Counted from the stretch's first letter, positions 49,315 through 59,044 are shown. The stretch: DNA of 64,000 bases from Candidatus Poribacteria bacterium (GCA_965215265.1 OZ244048.1:4096001-4160000); one strand, 5' to 3'. Numbers and translations: made by a program. The notes: generated from the sequence alone by a model not told the origin.

Positions 49315-50451
49315 ATGCAAAAGGGGGACATCCACGACTTTTTGTCCGAGATGTCTGTTGCGAACTTTTCCGATCGGAGTATACGCCGCTTATTAGAAAA
49401 CAAGGAAAACGTCCGGGGCTTGTTAGAAATCGTTGCGGCAGAACTCGCAGCGTTGATTGACTTTGAGCATCTGGTTCCAATGAATAGGAGCCTACTGCCC
49501 GCCACTCTCCGAGAACAAGAGGCAGACATTGTATATCGGGTGCCCTTCAAAAGTGATAGGGATGAGGGTGGTGAGGAGCTGCTCCTCTATCTGCTGATTG
49601 AACACCAATCGACGGTAGATGAGACGATGGGATTTCGTGTGCTTTTCTACATGATGCTGATTTGGGACGCGGAGCGGCGGCGGTGGGCGGCAGAGACGGT
49701 GCCGAGAAGAGAGCGTGTATTGCCGCCGATTCTGCCTGTGGTGTTTTACACGGGGGAGCGGCGGTGGGAAAAGCCTCTGACACTTGAGGCGATGATGAAT
49801 TTGCCCGCGGCGCTCTCTCGATTCGTTCCGAGATTTGACATCCTGTTTCTGAATCTGAAAGGCACAGACAAGGCGACGCTGACAGAGGCGGCTCATCCGT
49901 TCGGTTGGCTGATGAGAGTGCTGCAACAAAAAGATTCGGACAAAGCGTCTATAAGCCGGGCGTTACGAGAGACTTTGACGCAGTTGGCGACACTTGATGC
50001 GGCGGATTCAGGGCAGCGTAGGGAAGCGATAATGTATCTGGTATCGCTGATTGTGCATCGGCGTTCAAAGGAAGAGCAAGAAGAGTTGATAGAGCTGGTA
50101 GACCGGCATACGAGTGACATGGAGGTAGCACCGATGGCAGAGACAATGGCCGAATTCCTCTTCGAACGAGGCATAGCACAAGGCATTGAACAAGGCATTG
50201 AACGAGGCATAGCACAAGGCATTGAACAAGGCATTGAACGAGGCATTGAACGAGGGAGAGAACAAGGGGCGTGCCAGACGGCTATCAAAAATATAACCGC
50301 CGTCCTCAACGCACGATTCCCTGACCGTGATATAGAGCCTGCTACGCAGAAACTCGAAACCCTTTCTGATCTCGAACACCTCGAGCAATTGCTGCTGATA
50401 GCCGTCAAAACCGACAGTTTTCAAGCATTCCTACAGGCGTTAGAACTATAG
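49315..50451 (+). CDS. Rpn family nuclease, copy 2
   Basis: Tandem duplicate (1436-bp period) with 12 extra aa of GIxQ repeats. Internal ATG at 50134. Confidence 0.92.
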   Translation: MQKGDIHDFLSEMSVANFSDRSIRRLLENKENVRGLLEIVAAELAALIDFEHLVPMNRSLLPATLREQEADIVYRVPFKSDRDEGGEELLLYLLIEHQSTVDETMGFRVLFYMMLIWDAERRRWAAETVPRRERVLPPILPVVFYTGERRWEKPLTLEAMMNLPAALSRFVPRFDILFLNLKGTDKATLTEAAHPFGWLMRVLQQKDSDKASISRALRETLTQLATLDAADSGQRREAIMYLVSLIVHRRSKEEQEELIELVDRHTSDMEVAPMAETMAEFLFERGIAQGIEQGIERGIAQGIEQGIERGIERGREQGACQTAIKNITAVLNARFPDRDIEPATQKLETLSDLEHLEQLLLIAVKTDSFQAFLQALEL

Positions 50452-50739
50452 AAACGCATGCACCGAACGCCATGGCCGGCCCCGGGCTGCTCTTGTCGGG
50501 GTGTCAGGTAGGAACCCTACCGTTATTATGCCCTCTGACAAGCGGAGCATGGAAGGTTGCGTACTATACCGTGTGAGATGAGCCAAAGATAAAACCCGAG
50601 GTGTGATGGTGAGTAGGCCGTGCGCCGAATGCTATCACACCTCTTTCTCTTTCAAGCGATACCGAAGACACATACCACTCTCAAAAAAAATGGGCGTAAG
50701 TGATGATTTTGACAGAAGTAAACAAGACAAGACGATGGA

Positions 50740-50940
50740 GCAATCCTTGCTAAAGTTGTGTGACTCGATTTTTGGGCGGGGGCGGAGGCGCGTGGATTTT
50801 GCCTCAAAGGGGTATCCAGAACAGAATTTTTGACATCATCGGAGTCAGCCTTAACGATGACAAATCGGTCCTGCGCGATTCCCTCAAAGAGAATGAACGC
50901 CCGTGGTGGTAGATTTCACAGTGCTCGCAACTTGAAGCCT
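50740..50940 (+). pseudogene. Remnant of a TlpA/redoxin-family gene
   Basis: KVV*LDFWA...GFC and, in another frame, FDIIGVSLNDDKSVLRDSLKENERPW. Confidence 0.6.
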
Positions 50941-50952
50941 ACTGAATACAGA

Positions 50953-52131
50953 TTAACGCCTTGCGTGCTGCGACTCCGCCGGCGCGCGGTAGGCAACCGA
51001 CTCAAGATGCGGGGTCTCCAACAGCACATGTCCCTCAAAACGCGAAGTCAGACAACTCTCCAAGATACCGCTAACGAGCATCGTTCGTTCCGCTGGATAC
51101 GGCGCAACCCCCGTTTCAAACAACTCCTCGATCCGCGAGATGAGACAGGCAGAATAGGTAACGTTCGGAGTCGGAGTTAGGAAAAACTGTGTAGAGACCG
51201 GCACCGGTTCATCCTTCAGTTGGGCGGCGAAGCAGTAATCGCGCACTGCACCGTTGAGCATGAGCAGGGTGGCTTTCAAACCATCGCGGTAATGAATGGA
51301 ATAGGCAGCAGGATTCTCTACAAGGCGTTGCAGCTCCCCGCCACTTAGCAGGTTTTGCGTTCTACCGTCCTCAAGCGTTAACCCGCACGGCGTGTCGCTT
51401 CTGGAGAGTGCGGCTTCTAAAAGCGCGTACGAAAAGGCCCCTGTTTCTTCCCAAACATCAGCGCCATCTACGAGCCGGACGGCAGAGACACCGGTTTCGC
51501 CGCCCCGCCGCCGTTCGAGCATGCACTGCATCGCCTCTAAGGCGTGATAATCCATCGGATCGGAACCGCCAACCCCTACCATTAGTGCCTCACTTATGTC
51601 GCAATCAAGCGGCAGTTCTACATCGGGCAATCGCCAAGTCACAGGCAGCGAGGAGCCTGCGAGCAACCCGAACTCGAGCCGGCGCGCATCGTCAACCATC
51701 TCCTTCGCCTTCTCAAAACTGTAAGAGAGGTGTTTGTCATTAAAGAGAGGCACCGCACGGCCATCCTGCTCAAAGACAGCAACACACTCCTTGAAAAAAT
51801 CGTATCGTGGATAAAGCACCTGCCCCTTTTCATTACATGGGTAATCGCCGTGTTCTCCTATAAGGAGAACCGCATCAACGGCAAGTTCATCACCACCGCA
51901 GCGGAGTGCCTCAGCAATCGTCGGATAGACAGTGAACCCGAACTCTCTCGCTCTGTCAAGACTCTGGTCACCTTCCGGTCTCTGATCAACGTAGAGCGAA
52001 ACGACCCTCATATCTGGGCGGTGCCACCTGCCTTTATGCGGATACCCCACGAGGAATCGATCCGCGAAGTGTTGTGCGTGCGATAGATAACGGTAGATAG
52101 TGGTAATAACAGCGATCCGTTTGGTAGCCAT
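50953..52131 (-). CDS. Conserved hypothetical protein, Gfo/Idh/MocA oxidoreductase-like
   Basis: TIAEAL..GG..LAVDAVLLIGEHGDYP, FNDKHLS, AGSSLPVTWR, YHALEAMQCMLERR. Confidence 0.7.
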   Translation of the reverse strand: MATKRIAVITTIYRYLSHAQHFADRFLVGYPHKGRWHRPDMRVVSLYVDQRPEGDQSLDRAREFGFTVYPTIAEALRCGGDELAVDAVLLIGEHGDYPCNEKGQVLYPRYDFFKECVAVFEQDGRAVPLFNDKHLSYSFEKAKEMVDDARRLEFGLLAGSSLPVTWRLPDVELPLDCDISEALMVGVGGSDPMDYHALEAMQCMLERRRGGETGVSAVRLVDGADVWEETGAFSYALLEAALSRSDTPCGLTLEDGRTQNLLSGGELQRLVENPAAYSIHYRDGLKATLLMLNGAVRDYCFAAQLKDEPVPVSTQFFLTPTPNVTYSACLISRIEELFETGVAPYPAERTMLVSGILESCLTSRFEGHVLLETPHLESVAYRAPAESQHARR

Positions 52132-52154
52132 GCGTCCCTCCAGGGCCGGCGTAC

Positions 52155-53348
52155 TTAAGTCCGCCAGAACGTTGATTCGCGAGTAGGCTCATATCTAATG
52201 TCTAAATGCGGTGTCTCCTGCTTTTCCCCACCTGCGAAGCAACTATCAACGCCGGCTGCAACGAGTCCGGTTGTTAACAGTGTCCGCTCAACAGGATAGG
52301 GTACCCGACCTGTTTCAAACATTTTCTCAATGTTGTTAACCAACGGCGAGAAGAAGTTTGCTAACGTTGTACGGACGGGCGGCATCGGGAGATACATCTG
52401 CGTTGAAAGCACCGTATTATCAGTGCCGATAGTAGCAGCGAAGTTGAAGTCTTGCACCAACCCATTCATCAAAAACATCGTGGATTTTAGGCCGTCATAG
52501 TGTTCATAGTGATAAGCGATCGGGTCTTTCACAAGCTCTTTCAGCTCATCTAACGTCGGGAAGATGTCGTTAAATCCAGCACGCGAAGGGGTGAGCGTAT
52601 GACTCCGACAGAGCGCGGCTTCAAACAGCTCACGCGACCAGAGTTGGGCGTGGTATGCTTCCCAAAAGGTTTCACCGCGATATGCTTGTAGCCATTTAAC
52701 ACCGGTTTCGCCACCTTTACGCCGCTCTACCATACACTGAAGCGTCTCTAAGGCGTGGAAATCGTAACTATCTATACCGCCATAGCCAACACACACCGCC
52801 TCTGAAACCGGGACATCGTAGGGCATCTCAATTGAAGGAGTGCGCCACGTAACGGGCAGAGAGGATCCCGCCATAAACGGGAAATCCAGCTCTTGGGAAA
52901 TGTCATACATCTCGCGTGCCCACTCCCAATTCCACGAGAGATGTTTATCATTAAAAGTCGGGACACCGCGACGGCTCCGTTCGTAAACCTCAGCCATCTC
53001 CTTGAAGTGTTCGTAGCGCGGATAGAGACGTTGCCCCTTCTCGTTAGCCGGATAATCTCCGTGCTCGCCGATAAGTAGCACCCCATCGACAGCGAGTTTA
53101 TCACCGCCGAGCGTCAACGCCTCCGCAATTGTAGAATATGCCGCTACTGACGGATAACGTCCCAACCGTTCGCGGCTCAAGTCGTTTTCACCGAGCTGCT
53201 CAACATATAGAGAAACGAGCTGCATCTCCGGATAGTGGTGGCAGCTATTCCAACCGTAGCCTTCCAAGAACCGATCCACGATATGTTGTGCATGCGAATA
53301 TTTGTGATAAATTGTCGCAATCGCTGCGATTTTGGGACGTGTTTTCAT
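52155..53348 (-). CDS. Paralog of the adjacent oxidoreductase-like protein
   Basis: Same motifs. AGGAGG RBS before MKTRPK. Confidence 0.7.
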   Translation of the reverse strand: MKTRPKIAAIATIYHKYSHAQHIVDRFLEGYGWNSCHHYPEMQLVSLYVEQLGENDLSRERLGRYPSVAAYSTIAEALTLGGDKLAVDGVLLIGEHGDYPANEKGQRLYPRYEHFKEMAEVYERSRRGVPTFNDKHLSWNWEWAREMYDISQELDFPFMAGSSLPVTWRTPSIEMPYDVPVSEAVCVGYGGIDSYDFHALETLQCMVERRKGGETGVKWLQAYRGETFWEAYHAQLWSRELFEAALCRSHTLTPSRAGFNDIFPTLDELKELVKDPIAYHYEHYDGLKSTMFLMNGLVQDFNFAATIGTDNTVLSTQMYLPMPPVRTTLANFFSPLVNNIEKMFETGRVPYPVERTLLTTGLVAAGVDSCFAGGEKQETPHLDIRYEPTRESTFWRT

Positions 53349-53754
53349 ACTTCCTCCTTTAGACCTCACAAGACTTCATTTTTTCTGCACAATTCTAATA
53401 AGGCGTATATTAAACTCTTTACAACGAGATTTAAATCCTCTGATGTTTTGTATCATAACCTAGAAAGGCTCAGACGAGATTTGTGCTAGGTTTTTCAAAA
53501 ACATCAGGTGGTGACGTGCTGCCGTAGCCGAAAATCTCGCCATGCCATGCATTATCCACATCCGAAAGTGTCCACGTGTCTTTGAAAGCAGCCCCTGCCG
53601 CCTGGCTTCCGATAGGCGCTCAGTGAAGCCACCATCAGGGTTCCGTTTTGAGAAGGTCCGAAAGAGGACGGAATCCTTTAAATTTGAACCATTTTTTTCG
53701 CTCTACCGTCTGAAGTTACTTTCACTGTTATTAATCTGTGAGACAGATTCCGCA

Positions 53755-53846
53755 GTTTTCCTGATTTTCTAATAAGCAGCGTATACTCCGGTCCGGAAAG
53801 TTCGAAACAGACATCTTTGACAAAAAGTGCCGGATGTCCTCCTTAA
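53755..53846 (-). pseudogene. 5' remnant of a third Rpn gene
   Basis: KEDIRHFLSKMSVSNFPDRSIRCLLENQEN matches the N-terminus of 47879-48979. The homologous promoter region lies at 53865-53955. Confidence 0.8.
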
Positions 53847-54181
53847 ACGCGACAGGGGCATGCGTTTTTTTCCTCAAAACTTATACTTTTTATTTATAAT
53901 AACACATCCGTAAATCATTTTCAAGCAAAGAGAAACAAATCAAGCAGAGAGAAATCTGCATCGCCTCAAAGAGAAAGAGGTGTGATAGCATTCGGCACAC
54001 GGCCTACTCACTATCACACCTCAGGTTTTATCTTTCGCTGCGCATAAAACGAGCCGCACAAGATACGGGTTGGCCCAGCACAAAACCGAACCGGGTTCAG
54101 CACGCACCAAGCAAAAAATAAGCAGATAATTAACAGATAGTTAATATTTTACCCTATTTATAACGCTTTTTTAACTATTAG

Positions 54182-55348
54182 TTAATAAATTATGCCGACC
54201 CGATCTGCACGCAGATCGGAAGGGGTAAAGGAGTAAAGATTTAAGGAGTTACAGCCCTCGCACACCGGAACCCGAGGAGAAGCCCGTGACGTAGGTGCAT
54301 TCCCGTAGCGATTAGCGGCGCGCAGGGCGTGCATTAAGTCCCAGCCACCGCCGCGCAACACGCGACGTGACTTAACATGTGTAAAGTCGTCTACAATCTC
54401 ATCCAGATTCGCGAGCATACTGCCAGACACATCACTCAGCGGATTACTAGACGGAGACGCAGAATAGAAATCCGCATTATACGCATCAAGACACCACTCC
54501 CACACGTTGCCTGCCATATCATACAGCCCATACCCGTTCGCAGCATAACTCCCCACAGCCGTTGTACCGCCTACATTATTACCGTAGTTCGCATCGTTCG
54601 GCGTTATCGTGTCGCCCCACGGGTATTTCTTACCAACTAACCCACCGCGGGCCGCTTTCTCCCACTCCGCCTCCGTTGGAAGACGCTTCCCTGCCCACGC
54701 AGCATAAGCCATCGCACCATACCACGACACCCACGTCACAGGATGGTCCCCCTTACCCACTGGATAGTTATTACCTTCCCAATCGGCTAGGTAATCACCA
54801 TCATGGAGGGCATCCGGAACCCGCCCCTTCTGCCACTGCGGGTTCGCCAGCACAAAACTTTTATACTCAGCGTTCGTCACTTCGTGCGTGTCCATGTAGA
54901 ACGCGTCCACATGCACCGTGTGCACAGGCTGCTCGTCATCCCAGGCATCAGCATCGTCACTGCCCATCTGGAAGTCGCCCGCGGGGATAAGTGCCATGCC
55001 TGCAGGTGGCGGCACTGCTTTTCCCAGGTGCCCCGCTACCAAGGTTAGGTCGAGGATATTCACAACACCATCACCGTTAACATCAGGATTCCGCTCCTCA
55101 TCGGTAACGGCCACCGCCCCAAAATGAGACGCAACCCCAGCCAAATCAAGCACATTTATGACTCCATCGCCATTGAAATCGAAAGCCTTTAGCGTCTCAA
55201 AATCCGAGGCTTTGACGGAAGGCACACTCAAAAGCATTGGTATAAAACTCAGGGTGACAAACCACATCAAGTGTCTCTGCGGCTTGGCGGGTGCCTTTGT
55301 GAAAGGAACCTCACGTGTGACAGGTTTCTGCTCCAGAATATTCTTCAT
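54182..55348 (-). CDS. Dockerin + single FGE-sulfatase domain protein, frameshifted in its last ~20 codons
   Basis: DFNGDGVINVLDL / DVNGDGVVNILDL dockerin and an FGE domain. The conserved GFRCARAVTP* is present but out of frame (ancestral stop at 54241-54243). Confidence 0.85.
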   Translation of the reverse strand: MKNILEQKPVTREVPFTKAPAKPQRHLMWFVTLSFIPMLLSVPSVKASDFETLKAFDFNGDGVINVLDLAGVASHFGAVAVTDEERNPDVNGDGVVNILDLTLVAGHLGKAVPPPAGMALIPAGDFQMGSDDADAWDDEQPVHTVHVDAFYMDTHEVTNAEYKSFVLANPQWQKGRVPDALHDGDYLADWEGNNYPVGKGDHPVTWVSWYGAMAYAAWAGKRLPTEAEWEKAARGGLVGKKYPWGDTITPNDANYGNNVGGTTAVGSYAANGYGLYDMAGNVWEWCLDAYNADFYSASPSSNPLSDVSGSMLANLDEIVDDFTHVKSRRVLRGGGWDLMHALRAANRYGNAPTSRASPRVPVCEGCNSLNLYSFTPSDLRADRVGIIY

Positions 55349-55432
55349 AGATTTTTCTCCTTTTAGAGTTGTTTAAAGCTCAGGACTTTGCCGCACTTTG
55401 CAGGCGGGCATTCTGCACCTCAAGAGAACGCC

Positions 55433-56620
55433 TTAATCGCGAATTAAGCGCAGAATGTTCTGGACGAAACGGGCTTTCGGCATTGCGCCCCCAAACTGGC
55501 CAACAATTTCACCATTTTGGAACACAATATATGCCGGTATTCCGCGCACCTGATATTTTCTGTGAATTTGCGGGTTAGAATCAATATCCAACTTCGCAAT
55601 GGCGAATGTCTTTCTGTGCTCCGATGCAACTTCGTCTACAATCGGCACCATCTGCCGGCAGAATGGGCACCAGCCTGCCCAAAATTCAACCACAATCGGG
55701 AACTCAGACTCCAACACAATCCTATCAAAAGTGGCATCCGTGACCTCAATAGGAACGCCGGTAGTGGTTTTAACACTTGTACTAAATACTATGTTAACCT
55801 CTGCTGCGTTTCCTGCAGCGTCAGTCACTTCGCCAATGATGATATAGGTAACTTCATTGTCCAGCTCTTTGCCTCTCACCAGGGTTAGGATTGCTTTATT
55901 GCCTTCAACTTTGCCTGACCAGCCGACATCATTACCGGTTTGCGTTCGCAGACCTATCCGTCCACTCACGGTTTCACTAAACTCAATTTCTATCTTCGCG
56001 CGGCTGTTAATCCTTTCAGGGTCAACGTCCCTGTCACCATCAGTGATGTCACCCCCTGTGACGGAGGGGGCTGCGGTATCTGGTTGCAGGACAGTGTAGC
56101 TCAATGTGTGGCTACCGTCAACCCAAGAGAGTGTTAAGTCTAGAGGCCCCGGAATAAAGGGACCCATAATTGTCACGATTTTACCAGCAGTAGTCACAGT
56201 GCCACTGTTCACGGTGACATCAGCCGGCGCATTGTCAAAAACAACGGTGATACTCCCATCAACGGCGAGGCGTGTCCCGCTTGTTGGCTCTATGCTAACA
56301 ACCGCTGCTGGAGGACGCACGGCTTTGCCCAGGTGCCCCGCTACCAAGGTTAGGTCGAGGATATTCACAATACCGTCACCGTTAACATCAGGATTCCGCT
56401 CCTCATCGGTAACGGCCACCGCCCCAAAATGAGACGCAACTCCAGCCAAATCAAGCACATTTATGACTCCATCGGCATTGAAATCGGAAGCCTTTAGCGT
56501 CTCAAAATCCGAGGCTTTGATAGAAACACACAACCCCGCGACAAGCAACAAGCTAAGAATAGATACAAATTTCCTATTCATTACCACGATGCCTTTTTTC
56601 GGGTTCATCCAATCTTTCAT
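55433..56620 (-). CDS. Secreted dockerin + Ig-like + thioredoxin domain protein
   Basis: Signal peptide, dockerin nearly identical to that of 54182-55348, Ig-like (VTDAAGN), EFWAGWCPFC thioredoxin, VRGIP. Confidence 0.85.
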   Translation of the reverse strand: MKDWMNPKKGIVVMNRKFVSILSLLLVAGLCVSIKASDFETLKASDFNADGVINVLDLAGVASHFGAVAVTDEERNPDVNGDGIVNILDLTLVAGHLGKAVRPPAAVVSIEPTSGTRLAVDGSITVVFDNAPADVTVNSGTVTTAGKIVTIMGPFIPGPLDLTLSWVDGSHTLSYTVLQPDTAAPSVTGGDITDGDRDVDPERINSRAKIEIEFSETVSGRIGLRTQTGNDVGWSGKVEGNKAILTLVRGKELDNEVTYIIIGEVTDAAGNAAEVNIVFSTSVKTTTGVPIEVTDATFDRIVLESEFPIVVEFWAGWCPFCRQMVPIVDEVASEHRKTFAIAKLDIDSNPQIHRKYQVRGIPAYIVFQNGEIVGQFGGAMPKARFVQNILRLIRD

Positions 56621-56987
56621 TTAAAAATATCCTTTCGGACGATGTGTCCGTTGTCGATGCGGTTATCGCACCAGTTAGGTTTATAAAAAGCAGCGACGAA
56701 GGTAGATGCTGCTTGAGTTAATAAAAGGGTTAAGTTACGTGAAGTAAGGGGGGGGGGGTCAATCGTCTTAACAGGGACTTAAAACACACGACAGCACGGC
56801 ATACGCACGCGTTCGCGCCAACACTGCAACCCCGCACCACGGGGCCAGGCACTCTGCTCTTCTGGTAAACGGACTCTCGGTGTTTCATCTCTTCGAGTTC
56901 TCGTATCTTTCAGCACATCACCGACAGATTTAATGAGTATCTTTTTACAAATCTCGCCGGAGATTTTCGCGGTTTTTCGTATTTTTC

Positions 56988-57320
56988 AGTTTAGCCGAAA
57001 ACAACGCTTTTTGTCAAACTTTTTTTCTCTGACTCAAAACGTATTTTGCATTATCGCACAACGAACGTTTTTTGGCAAACTTTTTTTCGAATTAAAAAAG
57101 GGACGAACACATTTTAGCCGAAAACAATACTTTTTGTCAAACTTTTTTTCTCTGACTCAAAGGTTAGTTTGCATTATTGCACAATGAACGTTTTTTGGCA
57201 ACTCTTTTTTCCGAAATAAAAAAGAGGCAAAAACATTCTATCAGAAAACAACACTTTTTGGCAAACTTTTTTTTGCCTGACTCAAAATGAACGTTTTTTT
57301 GTCAACTCTTTTTTCAAATT
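56988..57320 (-). repeat. Tandem array of ~60-bp promoter-like units
   Basis: Minus strand repeats A-tract-GTTTG(A/C)CA-N17-TAAACT/GATAAT/TAAAAT/AATAAT/TAGAAT. One unit matches 43975-44015. Confidence 0.7.
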
Positions 57321-57629
57321 TTTGGGTCTCTTTCAGCACGTCACCGACGGTTTTTTGGTCTCTTTCAGCACATAAGACAATGCAAAGCAGAGATTGGCTC
57401 TGACGAGATTTACACACGAGCCATCAAAGCAGAAGCGTTGACAGTACGGAGATATACAAAAAAACGTTCCTAATTTTTGTTGATATCCTCTTCGTGATAA
57501 ACGGAAATTCGATTTTCGCTAAGTGTCCTATTGTATACTGCGGAACCGAACCTAACTCATGTTTTAGGAGACGCATCTAGTAAAGCAACACCCTATTTCA
57601 CACTCAGGGAAAGATGCAAGAATCTGAAC

Positions 57630-58154
57630 CTACGGAGACGGTATCGCGGAATCGACGTTCAGCGGTTTCTCAATCAACACAACCGGGGCTTGACAGCAGT
57701 CACAATTCCCCGGTGCAACGGCACGAATGTAGCAAGTATCACAATAGTAGTAGAGCTCATGCACAATACCGTCACGAACAGAGAGAAATTTGACAACCTC
57801 CAGTAGCCGCGTTTTCGGAAAGACACGTCCTTTGATTATCAATGTTTTTTCGTGAAGTCGCGTATCGACAAACAATGCCTCTGCAAGTGATGTCCGAAGA
57901 ACTGTGTAGTATTCACCCCCCTCAGTTTTTAATCCATAGAGGTGTTGATGACTATCGAAAAGCTGCACATTATAGTGTTCGTGCATTTCTTCCAATAGGC
58001 AGACAATGTTTCCTTGAAACTCGACTTCTCGAATTGATAGCGATTGAGGCACGGGGGTGCTCTGCTTTTCGGCTGAACGCGTGATTCCGTTCATCAACAT
58101 GCCAAGCATAAATAAAAAACTGCACAATAGGAGCGATTGAGTCGTTTTACGCAT
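57630..58154 (-). CDS. Exported hypothetical protein with Cys-rich C-terminus
   Basis: Signal/TM segment, then YYYCDTC...GNCDCC (possible metal site). Overlaps the stop of the upstream gene. Confidence 0.65.
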   Translation of the reverse strand: MRKTTQSLLLCSFLFMLGMLMNGITRSAEKQSTPVPQSLSIREVEFQGNIVCLLEEMHEHYNVQLFDSHQHLYGLKTEGGEYYTVLRTSLAEALFVDTRLHEKTLIIKGRVFPKTRLLEVVKFLSVRDGIVHELYYYCDTCYIRAVAPGNCDCCQAPVVLIEKPLNVDSAIPSP

Positions 58155-59034
58155 CACGATTTTCCTCTTCTGCCCATCTTTTGGGACCTGGACCGGGTTG
58201 ATGGTTTTCTCGAATCTGCTTAAACATTTCAGGTGTCGTGACAACGTTCTCCGGATACATGCGGCTCCGTGCAAGGAATCCGGCCTCGGGTTGATAGCCT
58301 GTCGGTTTAGAGGCATCTTGATAACGCGTATCAACACTCCATCTTACTTGGTTGCTGACATTCGGAATGGAGCGGTGCGGTGTCAGATTCGTAAAAAGAA
58401 GTACGCTGCCAAACTTAACGGGGATAACAACCGGTTTCACTTCAGGTAATGCATCCGGGGGTATATCCAAGTACGGACGTCCCTTGACGCTGCGATGTCG
58501 AAGAACACCGTCACGATGTGCGTGTGGAATCACTTCAAGGCAGCCATTTTCAACCGTTGCATCTATCAGCGGAATCCAGATTGTGAGTTGTAATACAGCA
58601 TCGCACGCCGGCTCCATATAGCCTGCGTCTTGGTGCCACGGTACTAACGTTCTATCATGCTCAGGCAGCTTGGGACGGACCCGATATGCCGGATGACACA
58701 TAATCTCAGGCCCGACAAGCGATTCCGCGATGTCAAGCAGCTTCGGGTTAACAAGCAGATGGAAGAGCGCAGCACCCGTGTGTGCACCGCTAAATAACTT
58801 CTGAAACACGCCCGTGGATTGCTCCGTAATTTTTGCCAAGCGCGTGTCAAACCCTTCCGCTTTAAACTCGGAGTCAATCTCCTTTTGTGCATAAAGATCT
58901 GAGGCACCTGTATCGATTATGGAGTCAAATTCTGCAATGAGTGGGTTGAGGTCCTCAGGCGCGAGGGCATCTTCAACAAGAAGATAACCGTTGTCATTAA
59001 AATTCTGCATCTGGATGTCGGTTAATGCTTTCAT
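58147..59034 (-). CDS. Phytanoyl-CoA dioxygenase (PhyH) family protein
   Basis: VPWHQD, TIWIPLIDATVENGCLEVIP, HRS.PN..RWSVD.RY. Confidence 0.92.
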   Translation of the reverse strand: MKALTDIQMQNFNDNGYLLVEDALAPEDLNPLIAEFDSIIDTGASDLYAQKEIDSEFKAEGFDTRLAKITEQSTGVFQKLFSGAHTGAALFHLLVNPKLLDIAESLVGPEIMCHPAYRVRPKLPEHDRTLVPWHQDAGYMEPACDAVLQLTIWIPLIDATVENGCLEVIPHAHRDGVLRHRSVKGRPYLDIPPDALPEVKPVVIPVKFGSVLLFTNLTPHRSIPNVSNQVRWSVDTRYQDASKPTGYQPEAGFLARSRMYPENVVTTPEMFKQIRENHQPGPGPKRWAEEENRDA

Positions 59035-59044
59035 AAAAAAACTC

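Noticed and set aside
56988-57320. ~60-bp periodic array as CRISPR
   Set aside because: Units are degenerate along their whole length, alternate in two types, and look like promoters.
47631-57630. A complete DGR cassette (RT, Avd, template repeat)
   Set aside because: I found no reverse-transcriptase motifs in any ORF and no AAC-rich non-coding copy of the VR. Only target-side evidence exists here.
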